Positions 25,620 through 39,859 of a stretch of DNA of 64,000 nt are shown in pieces (within the stretch, counting starts at the first letter, position 1; each line of letters starts with the position of its first letter). Position numbers and translations under genes: made by a program. Source of the DNA: Pecten maximus (lineage: Eukaryota); contig NC_047024.1 in assembly GCF_902652985.1 (NCBI RefSeq), positions 13,392,001 to 13,456,000 on the forward strand. The letters are read 5' to 3'. The notes under the pieces were generated by a model that was not told where the DNA came from, ran no database searches, and saw only the letters and a program-made list of their open reading frames with translations.

Positions 25620-28600
25620 AAATGTTTTGTTAAAGCCATTTTACGTTTTGATCTCATGCGTTGATATTCAATCAAATCCAGGTCCAAATCCAAATATTCT
25701 TCAAGAAAATATATCTATGTCACATAAATGTCCATTCACTGAGAAACAAATTACACATTCTTGAAGCTTTATATTCCAATTTTGATTGATAATGTATATC
25801 TGAGACCCATCTCACTGAATGTATTTCTGACAACGATTTATCATTTGAAAATGTTGGTAATGCTTTCAGGAGGAATACTATAACAATAGTATTGATGTTC
25901 TGATATACGCTAAACAGAATATCAATATTAAACGTCGACCAGACCTGGAATCTTACAATCTGGAGCTAATATGGACTAAAATTACTATTCACAACAAAAT
26001 CATTCTTTTTGGCTGTCTATATCGACCCCCTAATTTCTTAGTTAATTATTGAAATATACTTGACAATAAGCTTGGTAACTTTGTCGATACACAAAGAGAC
26101 ATTATTCTTGTAGGTGACATAAATCAAGACATGTTAAATCTTAATCCTAACTCACACCTTCATAAGCTTCTAGTAAAATAAAGATTAGAAAATACTGTCT
26201 CTGAGCATCTTAGGAATACATCTCTTCCCTTCCTTCCATTGCCCTGTAAGTACTGACATCAATCTTAAATCACTAAAAAAGCATACATACAAGAATTTTT
26301 TTTTATATTTTAACAATATAGACTATGAAACAGCTAACGAATGTCTTAGATCTATCGACTTGGATGCCCAAATACAAAGCTATTAACCGATTTGTACTTA
26401 ATAAAAACAGTCACTTTAAGACCTAACGATAAAATGTGGAAGATAAATGATATTCGACTAAAAATAGGTCAAAGAAATCGTCAACATTCTAAAGCAAAAT
26501 TACAAAATATGCCAGCCAGCTTCTTGGAACAAATCTAGAACTATTCGGAACCAGGTGATTTCTCTAACCCGAGCGACCAAATATCTATCTAAACTGCAAT
26601 GAGCTTTAATTGACAAATCTATACTGCCTGAAAAATGGTGGCGAATCGCAAAATATGTAATGAACTTCAAAAACCAAAGCGAAGCTGATAATCCGTTAAT
26701 CATTAATGGCGAACTGAAAATATATCCTACTCACAAAGCTGAATCATTTAATGATTACTTTACCTCCATATCCGTAACTGAGAAAAACGATCTACCCTCT
26801 GACTGTTCACAACCACCACACAATTTCAGCATCACTTTCAACATCACAGAACAAGACATCTCTGCCCAACTTCATCTGCTCAATGCTAACAAACCCGCAG
26901 GTCCTGATACCATCCCTCCTTGATTCATTAAGGCTGTTTCCCACACACATATAAAGCCTCTTCACATTATATTCAATAAGTCAATATCCTCTGGCATACT
27001 TCTTAATGTTTGGAAAAATAACCTGTTACCCTTATATATAAAGGTAATGGTTTAAGGTACGAACCATCTAAGTATAGGCCAATCTCTGTTAATCCTATTC
27101 TCAGCAAAATATTAAAAGTTCGAAATACATGCTAAATCATTTCTCTAGAAATAACATTATTTCCAAAAATCAGTCAGGTTTATTTACCTAAGGATTCGAC
27201 AACTTATCAACGCCTAGCTATATATGGAACAATTACAAATCATTTGGATAAAAGGTAGAGAGGCAAGAATGATCCTTTGTGATATCAGTAAAGCTTTCGA
27301 TGGTTTACTTTACAAGTTACAAACGTATGGCATAACTGGTAACGTATTAACATGGTTTTTATCTGATCTAAATAATAGAAGACAGAGAGTGGTCATTTAT
27401 GGATTCAAATCTACTTGGAAAACAATACAGGCAGGGAAACCCCGAGGCTCAGTTCTAGGGCCATATCTATTTCTGTTGTTTATCGATGATATTGGTGATA
27501 ATAGGAATTGAAATGTTTATTTGTTTACTGACTCTACTTCTTGATATACTCTCATTGCAGGTAATCGGCAGGAATATGCTGCCATTTCAAAAGAGGATAT
27601 GAGAAAAAAAATCTTTATTGGCTGAGAAACCGGGCATACCTTTTTTATCCTCATAAAACTGTATCTCTTCTTTTTTTTCTTTTTTTTTCTAGGCGAATTG
27701 ACTCTGTATTTCAATAACCTAGTTATTAACAATGTTACATACCATACGTACTTAGGTTTATTCTTCAACACAACGGCAAACTGGTCAACCCACATAAATT
27801 ATATCTATGACAAAGCTATCAACGAATCAACATACTTAGAATGTTAAACATCATACTTGATAGAACATCTTTCTTAACTATTTGTACACCACATTTCTAC
27901 CGATTATGGAATATTCAAATATTGTATGGTCAACTTGTAATCACTGAGTGTGACGTCTTGGAATCGATTCAATAAAAAGCAACTAGCATCATTATTGACT
28001 TAAGACGGGGAACAAACCATGCTATACTTTGTCAAGAATCTTGCTCAATACCACTTATTAAAAGTAGACATAGAAATATTGCATTTTTCATATCCATAAT
28101 AAGAACTGCCCTCTTATATTCACGAGCTTTTATAACCATTTATTGATACAGGAGGCAGCTATCATTTTCGTCATAGTAGATTGCTTAATGTTCCAGCAGC
28201 AACACATCCTCGTGAATATTTTGTTATGAATTTGCTTTGATTACTTTTAAAGCTGTAAAAAGCTTTTAAAGTCAGCTGCTGTTTGACTCTGTATCAATCG
28301 GAGATTCATCCAACTAACCTTCGTTAGTTATTGATTTAAGTATTTGCCTAAAAATGCAATACAAATGCCCATATAATAATCAGGTAAACCAGTATCTCCT
28401 TATTTACCATTTCTAATTACGACATATGTTCCATGTGACAGCGTACACAACACTGAGAAAATACTCTGAACATAATTAATCTTCTGATACAAAACAGCAA
28501 TGCAGGACTTTTATAAATTGCGACATTTGTTTCTTTAAATGATTTTTGTTTTGTCAGAAATGTCCTTAGGTCAGAGTGAACATGTCATTATCTCAAACTA

Positions 28601-28750
28601 TGGATATTTTTCTGGAGCAGTACATTTATCTCTGGTTTATCGATCTAGAGACATTTAAAATGATCAACGCGTTCAGTAAAATTCACTTGGTCCACCTCCA
28701 CGTATAGACTGTTTTCGTTTTGAATTATAAGGAATAAAATATCTTTCAAT
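25620..28750 (+). mobile_element. Decayed CR1/L2-group non-LTR retrotransposon ORF2 (APE endonuclease + RT); 3' limit uncertain (28200-28750)
   Basis: APE motifs HINVHSLRNK, ISETHL, GCLYRPPN, ILVGDIN. RT motifs KPAGPDTIP, YRPIS, CDISKAFD, NRRQRVVI, GSVLGPYLFLLFIDDI. Many stops and frameshifts. Confidence 0.9.
25645..25686 (+). other. 2A-like ribosome-skipping motif at the LINE ORF2 N-terminus
   Basis: VLISCVDIQSNPGP immediately before the APE domain; consensus is D(V/I)ExNPGP. Confidence 0.65.
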
Positions 28751-29659
28751 CATTAACATGGCTATTGTCTAGTTGTTTCAGAAATCAAATAAAATAATGA
28801 TTTTGACATCTGAAAGTCATAACACATTACCAATATTTCGTCTTTTCTCTATGAGTGTCGTACTTCATTTAGAAGTGATTGGTTTGTTCCATTCTGTTTC
28901 ATTATGTATATCTCTTGTGAGTATATTTCTACCATGATAAATGACCTACCTGATGTATGTTAATCTTGTATCGTAGATCAATTAAATCTATCATTAGAAA
29001 GAGTTTACTTTTACTGACTCTACATAATTACCATAAGAATTAAAATGCTGATAAGATATCCGACAGATCCTACTGCGTCATTAGAGGCTACACGTAAACA
29101 GACAACATGTTGATACATTATGGATCTGGCGGAAGGGTCAATAGGTCATTGAATGTCAATAAGTATGTGACAAGTGATTCTTTGTCCTCAAGACAAACAT
29201 ATTTCATCCCCTGTGGAAGCCAATGAAACCATGCAAAGAGACACACCTTTACAGTACACCTTAATGAGGATATTCACTCAACTAATTAGCACCGACCTGT
29301 CACGTGAGATCGATTATAAGAATTTAACGCGGCTAATCAATTACAGATGATTGATTTATATATAGATTGACATCCCGTGCATTCTGTTGGTAGCACATAT
29401 TCACAACCGAGTCTGTTGGGACGAAATGTCAATAGAAAAAAGATTTGGTGTTGCATTGTTTAACGTTCTTTCAACTTTTAACCTCTGTGGGCGAGCTGCA
29501 TGTGTGTGGTGAGTGTGTATTTTGTGAGGCTGTGGTATGTTGTATTCGTGTTTGTCTCCTTATGATAGCGCGGAACTGATATCATCTTTATAGTGATTCC
29601 TAAAGTGAATTATACTATCGACGACACCTAACATGACATGGAGACACCCCGTAAAGATA

Positions 29660-30840
29660 GTGAGGACTCGAAAAACACCACACAGGACACGACCGACACC
29701 AAACAGGACACGAAAAACACCACACAGGATACGACCGACACCAAACAGGACACGAAAAACACCCAACAGGACAAGAACCACACCCAACAGGACACGAACC
29801 ACACCCAACAGGACAAGAACCACACCCAATGGGCCACGAACCACACCCAACAGGACAAGGACACAAACCACACCCAACAGACCCGAACCACACCCAACAA
29901 GACACGAACCACACCCAACAGGACAAGAACCACACCCAACAGACCCGAACCACACCCAACAGGACAAGAACCACACCCAACATGACACGAACCACACCCA
30001 ACAGGACAAGAACCACACCCAATGGGCCACGAACCACACCCAACAGGACAAGGACACAAACCACACCCAACATGACACGAACCACACCCAACAGGACAAG
30101 AACCACACCCAATGGGCCACGAACCACACCCAACAGGACAAGGACACAAACCACACCCAACAAGACACGAACCACACCCAACATGACACGAACCACACCC
30201 AACAGGACACGAACAACACCCAACATGACACGAACCACACCCAACAAGACACGAACCACACCCAACAGGACACGAACCACACCCAACAAGACACGAACCA
30301 CACCACACAGGACACGAACCACACCCAACATGACAAGAACCACAGCCAACATGACACGAACCACACCAAACAGGACAAGAGCCACACCCAACAGGCCACG
30401 AACCACACCCAACAAAACACGAACCACACCCAACAGGACACGAACAACACCAAACAGGACAAGAACCACTTCCAACATGACACGAACCACACCCAACAGG
30501 ACACGAACAACACCCAATGGGCCACGAACCACACCCAACAAGACACGAACCACAAAAAACAAGACACGAACCACACCCAACAGGACACGAACCACTTCCA
30601 ACATGACACGAACCACACCCAACAGGACACGAACCACACCCAACATGACACAAACCACACCCAACAAGACACGAACCACAAAAAACAAGACACGAACCAC
30701 ACCCAACAGGACACACACTACACAAAACAGGACACAAATCACACTTAACAAGACACGAACCACACCCAACAGGATACGAAAGACAATCAACAGGATACAA
30801 ACCACGACCAACGTCACACGAACTACACTCAACAGGACAA
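29660..30840. repeat. 21-bp minisatellite (consensus CAACAGGACACGAACCACACC)
   Basis: Direct inspection; explains the long repetitive ORFs on both strands. Confidence 0.95.
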
Positions 30841-30859
30841 CATGTAATCAAGTCATGGG

Positions 30860-31100
30860 TTACCCTCCTCCACCTACCCTTCTTCAACCCAACCCTTACC
30901 CTTCTCCACCTATCCATCTCTTCCAACCCTAACCCTCCTCCACCAACCATATCCCACCCAACACTTACCATCATCCACCTACCAATCCCCTCCAACCCTA
31001 ACCCTCCTCCACTTACCAATCCCCTCCGACCCTTACCCTCCTCCACCTACCAATCCCCTTCAACCCTCCAACAACCATATCCCAGCCAACATTTCCCTTC
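30860..31100. repeat. C-rich degenerate repeat (ACCCTAACCCTCCTCCACC..)
   Basis: Several imperfect copies; G-rich on the minus strand. Confidence 0.7.
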
Positions 31101-31439
31101 ATTTCCTTTAACAACTATGATTTACGGAAATGTAATCCAAGCCAACACGTCGAAAATGGCTTTCCAGCTCCAAACAAAACGCAAGTATGGAACAAAAATT
31201 GAATCTCCACCTCCACAATACTGACTAACTATTACTTTCAGTGTGATTAAACTAGCAGAGCATACAGACAAAATCACGAAACTGTAATTCTAACTCAAAA
31301 TCGATAAAACAAAAGCAAATCAGAATAAAAATATAGATTTGCATGGAGACATTTGAAGAAAAAAGCAGAAGGCGATTAAATGTTTCCGAAAGGGTAAATA
31401 TTCTTCACTTTCGACGACACCCACCATATTAATCCGATA

Positions 31440-31740
31440 AAATTGACGACACCCGTCATACAAATCTAGGTCAAGTCGACGACACCCGTCATACAAATCT
31501 AGGTCAAATCGACGACACTCGCCATACCAACCTAGGTCAAATCGACGATACCTACTATGCAAATCTAGACCTAATCGACGTCACCTGCCATACAAATCTA
31601 GGTCAAATCGACAACACCGACTTAAAAATCTAGGTCAAATCTACAACACCCGCCATAGAAATCTAGGTCAAATCGACGAAACCTACCATACAAATCTAGG
31701 TCAAATCGACAACACCCGCCATAAAAATCTTGGTCAAATG
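31440..31740. repeat. ~32-bp minisatellite (AAATCTAGGTCAAATCGACGACACCCGCCATAC-like), about 9 copies
   Basis: Recurring tctaggtcaaatcgac core. Confidence 0.9.
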
Positions 31741-32373
31741 CGGTTAACCTCACTTCAAAAAAATGAAAACTGGGGTGATGACAACTATAAAATCATATTA
31801 GGATATCGTCATTTATTAGCATTAATGAATATGAATTATGTAATGACTATTGTTCACCCTGAAATAAATATATTTACTTCACATTAACAGGTATTGCCTA
31901 ATATCTCAAGATACATTCTTAATATGAACGTTATTTTTACAGTTCATTGTACTTGTCGTTGCATTTGAAATATAAAATATTTGTTTATAAAAAAGGTTTG
32001 AAAATTCATCACTCCGCATTAAATTTAAGGTCTAACCCCTAAAATGTGTTTGATGAAATACTGCATCTTTGGATTTAATTTTTATATTCCTAAAACCAAT
32101 GTCAAATAGAGTTTTAGCTTTAACTGTCTTGCTCCTTTGGCGTTGATTCTGATATGATTTGTAAAAAGCATGACTCTTCCTATACATGGCGTTAATGGGA
32201 TGCAAATTGCATGTCTTCAGGAGTTCACGACTAATCTGTTTCAATCTTAAAATGCAAAGTGGTTGAAAAATTCAATTGAAGTTGTAAAAATAGATTTATT
32301 TGATTCATAATTAAGATACCAACAAAACAAGAGTTAACATGAACACTTTGCTGGAGACAATAAAACTACGTAT

Positions 32374-33315
32374 CTAAGAGACCATAGGTCTGATCTTGCT
32401 GTTTCCGAGTTGTCTTCTCCTTGAGAGAACTTCTAACAATAAAAACGTAGAAAGTACAGCGACCACAGCGAAGATGGCTGTTCCAAGAGAAACGATAACA
32501 GCTATCATATATTCATTAAGGAATTCTGTCATCATCGGAAATTTCATTGTACATGAAGGAATATTTTGATACGACCACATGTTTTGTTGGTGTTGTGGTT
32601 GACCTCACCGTTGAGGTCACTGACGCATTGTTGATTGAGCCGGTGATGGACGAGCCAGTCGAATCGATTCCCGTGGTAGTATTGCTATGTAAGGAGGCGT
32701 TAGGTTCTCCTGTTGAATTTTCCACTAGATACTGTGGAGTTATCACAACGCCAGTCGAAGAACCTTTGCCTGGAAATGATTGTGAGTTCATAGATGAGTT
32801 GCACGCCGAGGTTTCGAGAGGAAAGAAACGTCCGATAGATAGGTCCTGAACAAAAACCATCAGAGGAACATTATCCTGTGTCTCCAGTACATAAGCGCCG
32901 TCAGTGAGATTCAAAATGTTCCATATATGGTATTTTCTGTCCTCAAGAACAGTAGTCCTTACGGACGCCACAGTAGTTTTTGATTTCTCACTCAGTTTTC
33001 TGATGTCTAAGTTTTCCGACATGCTCGCGCTCATGGCAATGATACAAGTACTGTTTCCGCAATTTTGAACTACGGCTACATTACAGCCTGACATAAGGTC
33101 AACTGGGAGTGGTAAATACTGGTTCCGGTACACTTGCTGGTCATGTGATGTTCCACGCTGTACCCATGTGGTACATAAAGTTTGAATTGGCTCAGCAGAC
33201 GACACAACGACTTCCGATCGACCAGTCAGGTTCACTCTCAGTGCCGTATATGCTAACATGTCGTAAAATGTGGAATTCCCTTCGCTTTTGACAGAAATGT
33301 TTCCACTCTGTGTAC
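32374..33315 (-). CDS. Terminal coding exon: end of ectodomain, Ser/Thr-rich stalk, transmembrane helix, short basic tail; frameshift near 32527
   Basis: tttcAG acceptor, phase 1, in frame with ORF 32516-33259. TM segment YMIAVIVSLGTAIFAVVAVLSTFLLL followed by SRRR lies in the overlapping frame (ORF 32374-32580). AATAAA on minus at 32300-32295. Confidence 0.8.
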
Positions 33316-34219
33316 CTGAAACACATATATATAATATAAAATGAAGGTCATTATTATCACATAACTACTCGTCAAACATCATTACATTAATTGTGGTATG
33401 GATTAAGTATGTATAGTAATGAGGGCTAGCGGAGCTGTAATTGGTGACAGGCTCCAATTGTTTAATTGACGTCATATCTTCATGGCATAAAATTCATCGT
33501 GGTGTTTCTGTCACAATGAGTGAACATATCGCCATCTTCAGTATCATATCTGTCTGATAATATTCTGTTTCTACGATATATTACATCTCGTTCCGAAATT
33601 TTCATTAAACTTTCCTAGGGATCGTTGAAATAAAAACTCTTAGACCCTATCCATCAATGTCGAATGGAACGAGTACTAATGTAGAGTCTTATATATATAT
33701 ATACGCACCAGATGTACATCAAAACAATTCCACGATTGATCAGAGTTCAAATATTCAAATTATAGCGAAGCTCTTAGCCAAGAGGAATCTAACATCTGTC
33801 ATTATTGACACCCGAAGCGTTTATCGAAAAATCCCTATAAAATCAGATATAATATGACTGTGTAGACTTGGCAGATGTCTGAGGATGTCAGTAATGGTCG
33901 GTTTCCTAGAGTTCTGATGCAGTAGTAACGTAAAAGACACGTCAAAAAGGATCGAGAGAAAATCGTATGTTAGACAAGAGTATTTTGTTTAAATAGCAAT
34001 CATTTTGAGGAACATCAGAACATACCAGTCCGTCTAAATCATATAAACTATTTATGTAAATAATATAAAATGACGTAAACAATAAATCAATCGAAAAAGT
34101 TACTATTCCTACATGTTTGTAATTAAAGCTTATTTCATTCCATAAAGACTGCATCGTGATCTACATAAACACTATCCCTTATTTAATTATAACAGATAAT
34201 AGAAATTAGATACATTGCA

Positions 34220-34563
34220 TATAATTATCTACATTGATATAGACAGTAACCCTTAGTTATAACAGTAAAGTGATATTATTATCTACATTGACATAGACAG
34301 TAACCCTTAGTTATAACAGTATAGTGATATAATTATCTACATTGACATAGACAGTGACCCTTAGTTATAATAGTATAGTGATATAATTATCTACATTGAC
34401 ATAGACAGTAACCCTTAGTTATAACAGTATAGTGATATAATTATCTACATTGACATAGACAGTAACCCTTAGTTATAACAGTATAGTGATATAATTATCT
34501 ACATTGACATAGACAGTAACCCTTAGTTATAACAGTATAGTGATATAATTATCTACATTGACA
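34220..34563. repeat. 54-bp tandem repeat, about 6.3 copies, intronic
   Basis: ATCTACATTG recurs at 34227, 34281, 34335, 34389, 34443, 34497 and 34551. Confidence 0.95.
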
Positions 34564-36072
34564 AAGTTACCCTCCGTGACAGATTATGATAAACCACTAT
34601 ACACGTGCTCTGAGTTAGCAACTCGCACTCAAATATAGAGAAACCAATCTACACTGAAATAGTGATTTTAATATTTTATTCCGTTATTCTAATATTGGAA
34701 TGCAATGACTTAAATCCAATTCCATTTTCTTTATTCACGAGCGTGTTATTGTAGCATTGGATGCACAAGACATTCATATGTCGGTGATAGAAATCAATAC
34801 ACCTCTTTGTGAGGAATCATTACTGTTGATATTACAACACCCACTTCCTGCAATCAGACAGCAGATTCTTACAACTCATCAGAAACTAGCATTATATTTC
34901 ATCATCAGGACAATATCCGGTTAAACGCGGTTAACGAGTTGACACATTAGGTTATTTTTTCAGTAAATTTCCGTTTTACTTTTATCTGTTACATGTATCA
35001 GTGCTGATTTGTCTATTGTGGAGACCTCGGAATCCGGTATAAAATATTTTTTTCATAATATAAGTATGAATTAAAAGCATTCGAAATAAGTGATGAAATC
35101 CTTTTTACAACACATGTACGTTAATTGTAATTGGGTATAAAATGATAAAGTCTATTTGATCTGAAAATTACAAGGGACGCCATGGTTTGCATTATGCGTT
35201 CATTCTAATTAAATAATATCATTATTAATTTTAGGTTGAGAATATGTTTTGATTATCGTGCAGATTATCATGCATAACATCCCGTTATAGAGTCATCCAA
35301 CAACAAGTGGGGTTCAATGAGGGGTAATGCTCATTACCTATCAATGCTACTTAGGATTGCCTTAATTTCGCAACTTACTTTAGAGAAGGACCAATAACAG
35401 ATCCATCGATATCTGTAAACTTAAACTTGATAAGATACGAGGTAATACGTTTGGTTCCTGCCCGAGACAGTTTATGTTTGTTATGAAGCTGAAGAAACAT
35501 ATCTGTCATGGTAACGTTCCTGAGGGAGAAACGTCCCATTTACCCAAGTTGATAAGAGAATGTATATGGCGGGTCTTTTATGTTGTTCAGTCATATAACC
35601 GCCAGGTATTGTAAGGGATCTTGATAGAAAATAACAAACGCCTCCCATTTCGTATATGTCTTAAACAGTGACATTTTGCAGTTATTTCGGTTTCGGCTTC
35701 TGGGGTTTATTTGATAATCATCAAATTAATGAGAATAATAACTTAGACGGTTTGAATTACAAACAAGTAAGCAGAAAGTTTATTTTCCTACAACATTTTT
35801 CATATCCGAATACATTAGACAAAATCAAGATTACAATTGTAGATTAAAAAGAAAAAGAAAAAAATGAAAATGATTAGAAAATAGGAAAAAAAGAAATGTT
35901 AAACTAATTGATATCTAGTGTGCCAACCTTAGGTAATATTTTATCACGGATAAGTATCTTATACATATTGAATATGTTTTGGTTTATTAACAATATTAGA
36001 TGTTACCCATACCTGTGGAATATTGAGTCCTTCTATCATGCGAGCTTAGTAAAACAAAAATCTGATTACTGT

Positions 36073-36104
36073 AAACCCGGGCATTTCCGCGGGTTTTAAT
36101 CTAG
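36073..36104 (+). mobile_element. Helitron-like 3' terminus (GC-rich hairpin + CTAG)
   Basis: AAACCCGGG-CATTT-CCGCGGGTTT then taatCTAG; next base is C rather than the canonical T; 5' end not located. Confidence 0.45.
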
Positions 36105-37221
36105 CAATTTCGATAGGTAATCTATACGCTGGGGGTTATTTCCGCGATCGATGTACCGTTTTCCTTTTACACGTGTTCAACATACGTCACAAATCAATAC
36201 GCCCTGGGGGAATTGCCGTAGGCATTCCAGTCCTGTTTCAAGTATTCAAGTGTTTCAAGTACATTCTATGTATTATATGCTATCAATTATGTATTTTGAT
36301 TATATCACAGAAAATGGATATGTCAACTATGTATATAATGTATGTGAACTGGGTACATTAAACACAAGTGACACTGACGTCAGGGAAGGCATTATTTAAC
36401 GGATGTTAATAAAAAGTATGGAAACACTAAACAATGTACAAAAAAAGGAATCTTCAGGTTTTCTATCTCCTGAGCAATTTTAGATCGAAATTTGATTACA
36501 AATGCCGTCAATACACAGGATGATATTAAGTATATAAATTACCAGCATCATGATTCTCTGAAAAAAGTCAACAAAACCACGAAATTCAATTACGGTTGGT
36601 CGTTGTATGAGTCCTTAAAGCATTGCAATTTTGCAAAATGTGTTTTTTTCTAATTACGTTTTATACATTTTCGTATAGATACGAGTATTCATATCCAATG
36701 AATGAGCAGTAGTCAAAGCTGAGTATTAATTATACTTTTAGATCTGCACTACAACAATTGGTTACATAATAGATAATATCTATTAAACAGCATTTAATTT
36801 CAATAGAGATTGGATGTGTGTACCCTTGGGAATTAAAACATACAAAACTAGTACTGTCATTAAAACCGTTCAGCCCATGTACTTACGTAGATGATTTATA
36901 AAAGCTTCAAACAACCTTTAATCAACGTCATCTTCACAGACTTAATTGTATCGCACATATCATCAATGTAGTAATTTAAAACAGTAGGACCAGTAATTGA
37001 CATTATAAAGAAAGTCAACGAACTTATCCAATCGAAATTCAAATACACTCAGATAAGTTCATCAAAAAGTACATGCAACCAATACATGCAACCAATATGC
37101 AGTTAACACAGATTGATTTCTTGGATGGATAATCGTACATGTAACAAATCTAGTTACATTTGACCAAATTCGAAGTTCACTCGATGGGTAGGTTGTATTT
37201 TGGAATTTTCATATAATCGAT

Positions 37222-37970
37222 CACTGTAGAGAGTTTGTCTAATATATTGTGCTGTAGAGAGTTGGTACAGGACGTTATGCTGTAGAGGGTTTGTGTAAGA
37301 TGTTGTACTGTAGAGGGCTTTTGTTAGACGTTGTACTTTAGAGAGTTTGTGTAAGACATTGTGCTGTAGTAGGTTTGTGTCAGACATTGTACTGTAGAGG
37401 GTTATTGTTAGACGTCGTACTTTAGTAGGTTTTTGTAAGACGTTGTGTTATAGAGGGTTTTTCTTAGATGTCGTGCTTTAGTAGGTTTTTGTAAGACGTT
37501 GGGTTATAGAGGGTTTTGTAAGTCGTCATGCTGTTAAGGGTTTTTGTAAGACGTTGTGCTGTAGAGTGGTTGTACAAGTCGACGTTGTGCTGTAGAGGGT
37601 TTGTACAAGACGTTGAGCAGTAGAGGATTTGTACAAGACGTTGTGCTGTAGAGGGTTTGTACAAGAAGTTGTGCTGTAGAGGGTTTGTACAAGACGCTGT
37701 GCAGTAGAGGGTTTTTGTAGTCGTTGTGTTGCAGTGGGTTTATACATGACGTTGTGCTGTAGAGGGTTTGTACAAGACGTTGTGTAGTAGAGGGTTTGTA
37801 CAAGACGTTGTGCTGCAGAGGGTTTGTACAAGACGTTGTGCAGTAGAGGGTTTGTACAAGACGTTGTGCTGTAGAGGGTTTGTAAAAGACGTTGTGGAGT
37901 AGAGGGTTTTTGTGGTCGTTGTGTCGCAGTGGGTTTATACAAGACGTTGTGCTGTAGAGGGTTTGTGAAA
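37222..37970. repeat. 28-bp minisatellite (GTAGAGGGTTTGTACAAGACGTTGTGCT)
   Basis: About 26 imperfect copies; source of the repetitive ORFs at 37154-37987. Confidence 0.95.
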
Positions 37971-38788
37971 AGCGATGTACTGTTCATGCTGACATTGTGG
38001 ACACGTCTTTCAAAACAATTACAATAATCAATCAGTCTATAAGCAATGATCTAGCCGGACGTATTCCGCTTGCTTTATCCATAAAGGATTATCAGCTTTA
38101 TTAGTACAATCGACATTACCGACATATACACCATACACATATAGGATAATCTTGATCAATTAAGTGTTATATTAACTTGAATATTAATATTAGGAGGACC
38201 TACCACTGATAACTTGGCTTTCGATGTTGTAATAACATAAATAAATACCTGCCGAGTACAATTAAAACTATTTCGGTAAAGGTTTTGAAGATTTGGTATG
38301 ATATTGTTTGTATTTACACATCTGTATTTTTCTGCTTTCATTAACTTCTCTCTTGAGCAGTAGATAATCCTCACATACATGGAACACCACTTCATAGGTT
38401 TTTATCACAGATACATATCTACTAATCACTCAAAACACTTCAGCAATAATAGTTAAAGTGTTAAAAAAATACTCATTGATTGTTTTGGTGTTCATGATGT
38501 ATAATTTATTTTCGTTCATAAAATCTGTTTGAATGAAAATTTTCGAATCTAGGGAGAGAAGTAGGCCCAGATGATAAAACCGTGTCGTTTAATTTTCGGC
38601 GTCATGAGTTTAGAGTCATCCACACCACCTAATACTAATCTAAGATACAGGCATAATTTGTTTACAATGTGGTAAACTTTTTTCAATTCCCACTTGATAG
38701 TTGGTGGTATATATACACACTCAACATACATGTACTTTCCCGGAACTATCAGTACCCGCATGTGCCACAAATACGGCTTCAGTACAAT

Positions 38789-38792
<4 letters not shown>

Positions 38793-38863
<71 letters not shown>
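38793..38863. repeat. (TC)n microsatellite
   Basis: Perfect dinucleotide run of about 70 bp. Confidence 0.99.
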
Positions 38864-38866
<3 letters not shown>

Positions 38867-39859
38867 TTTGTTGAGACTGATTCACGTTTTGTATACATTT
38901 TCACGGGAAGTTCCGTTGGTAGATATTTTTTACTATACTACTTTCAGGGACGAATGTACAGTAAACATTACACAGATCTAACCTTACGGTATACAATGTC
39001 ACAGTGATTCGTTACCAAGGACGTGCTCCAAATAGAATGATAACAGTGAAAATACCATCTGATTTGGGTTCGAAAGATGCAGGTTGTGAAGATCTGGCCA
39101 ATCAAATAATTTAATCGGAAATCAGTCTTGCGGTACATAATCCCTGGCGAGTTTGATGCCTGTTATGTTTCATTGTGACCAATGTTATTTTCCTTCTAGG
39201 GTACTAGGTATTTTATATAATTTACAATCTTGATCTCAAATATGAAATATATATACCAAACTTAAAAAAAAAAAATGAAATAAAAACAAAACAAAAAAAA
39301 CAAAAACTAAAACAAAAAACAAACCAAAACAAAAAACAAAAAAACATTTATACTAATGCAGTTCAGTTTATATGCTCTTATCTTGAACGCATTGAGAAAA
39401 ACAAGAATTACAAGTTCTTTTTTTAGTATTGTGACATATTCTATTGTGCAGTTTCCAGAATGGTTTAGCATATGTTTTGTTAATTACTACTAAGCTTCAA
39501 ATCGGATTTAATACGAATCGACAAAACCATTAAAAAATACTCAAACGCATCAATTGTACATCCAAACAATTACTAATTTTGATATGGAATGTGAATAGAT
39601 TTAGGATTTTAAAAGTATTGTATACTTCTTTTAACGCCCCAAAAGTTAGATCATTATGCCTCTGAAACAACTAAGGTTACGCCATGTTTCTGTAAGTCTA
39701 GCAATTACATCTAAGGCATTTAATTAATCTATTACATCTAATGCATTTAATCAATCTTGGTTAAGATAAAATCTAACCAATATTTCCTCTAACAAAATAT
39801 TGAGTGTTTTCCAAGAAAGGTGAACGGGCACTAAAAGTTCATTGATGTTAACTATACGG

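Noticed and set aside
29560-31046. Long ORFs of 367-472 aa on both strands (Cys/Val/Gly- or Thr/Gln/His-rich)
   Set aside because: They come from a stop-free 21-bp minisatellite open in nearly all frames; no unique coding flanks or splice context.
30860-31100. Interstitial telomere (CCCTAA words)
   Set aside because: Only isolated AACCCTAACCC words inside a different C-rich repeat; no (TTAGGG)n run.
37154-37987. Repetitive ORFs (..LYSTTSCTNPLQHNV..)
   Set aside because: Translation of the 28-bp intronic minisatellite.
38669-39007. ORFs with SLSLSL tracts
   Set aside because: Read-through of the (TC)n microsatellite.
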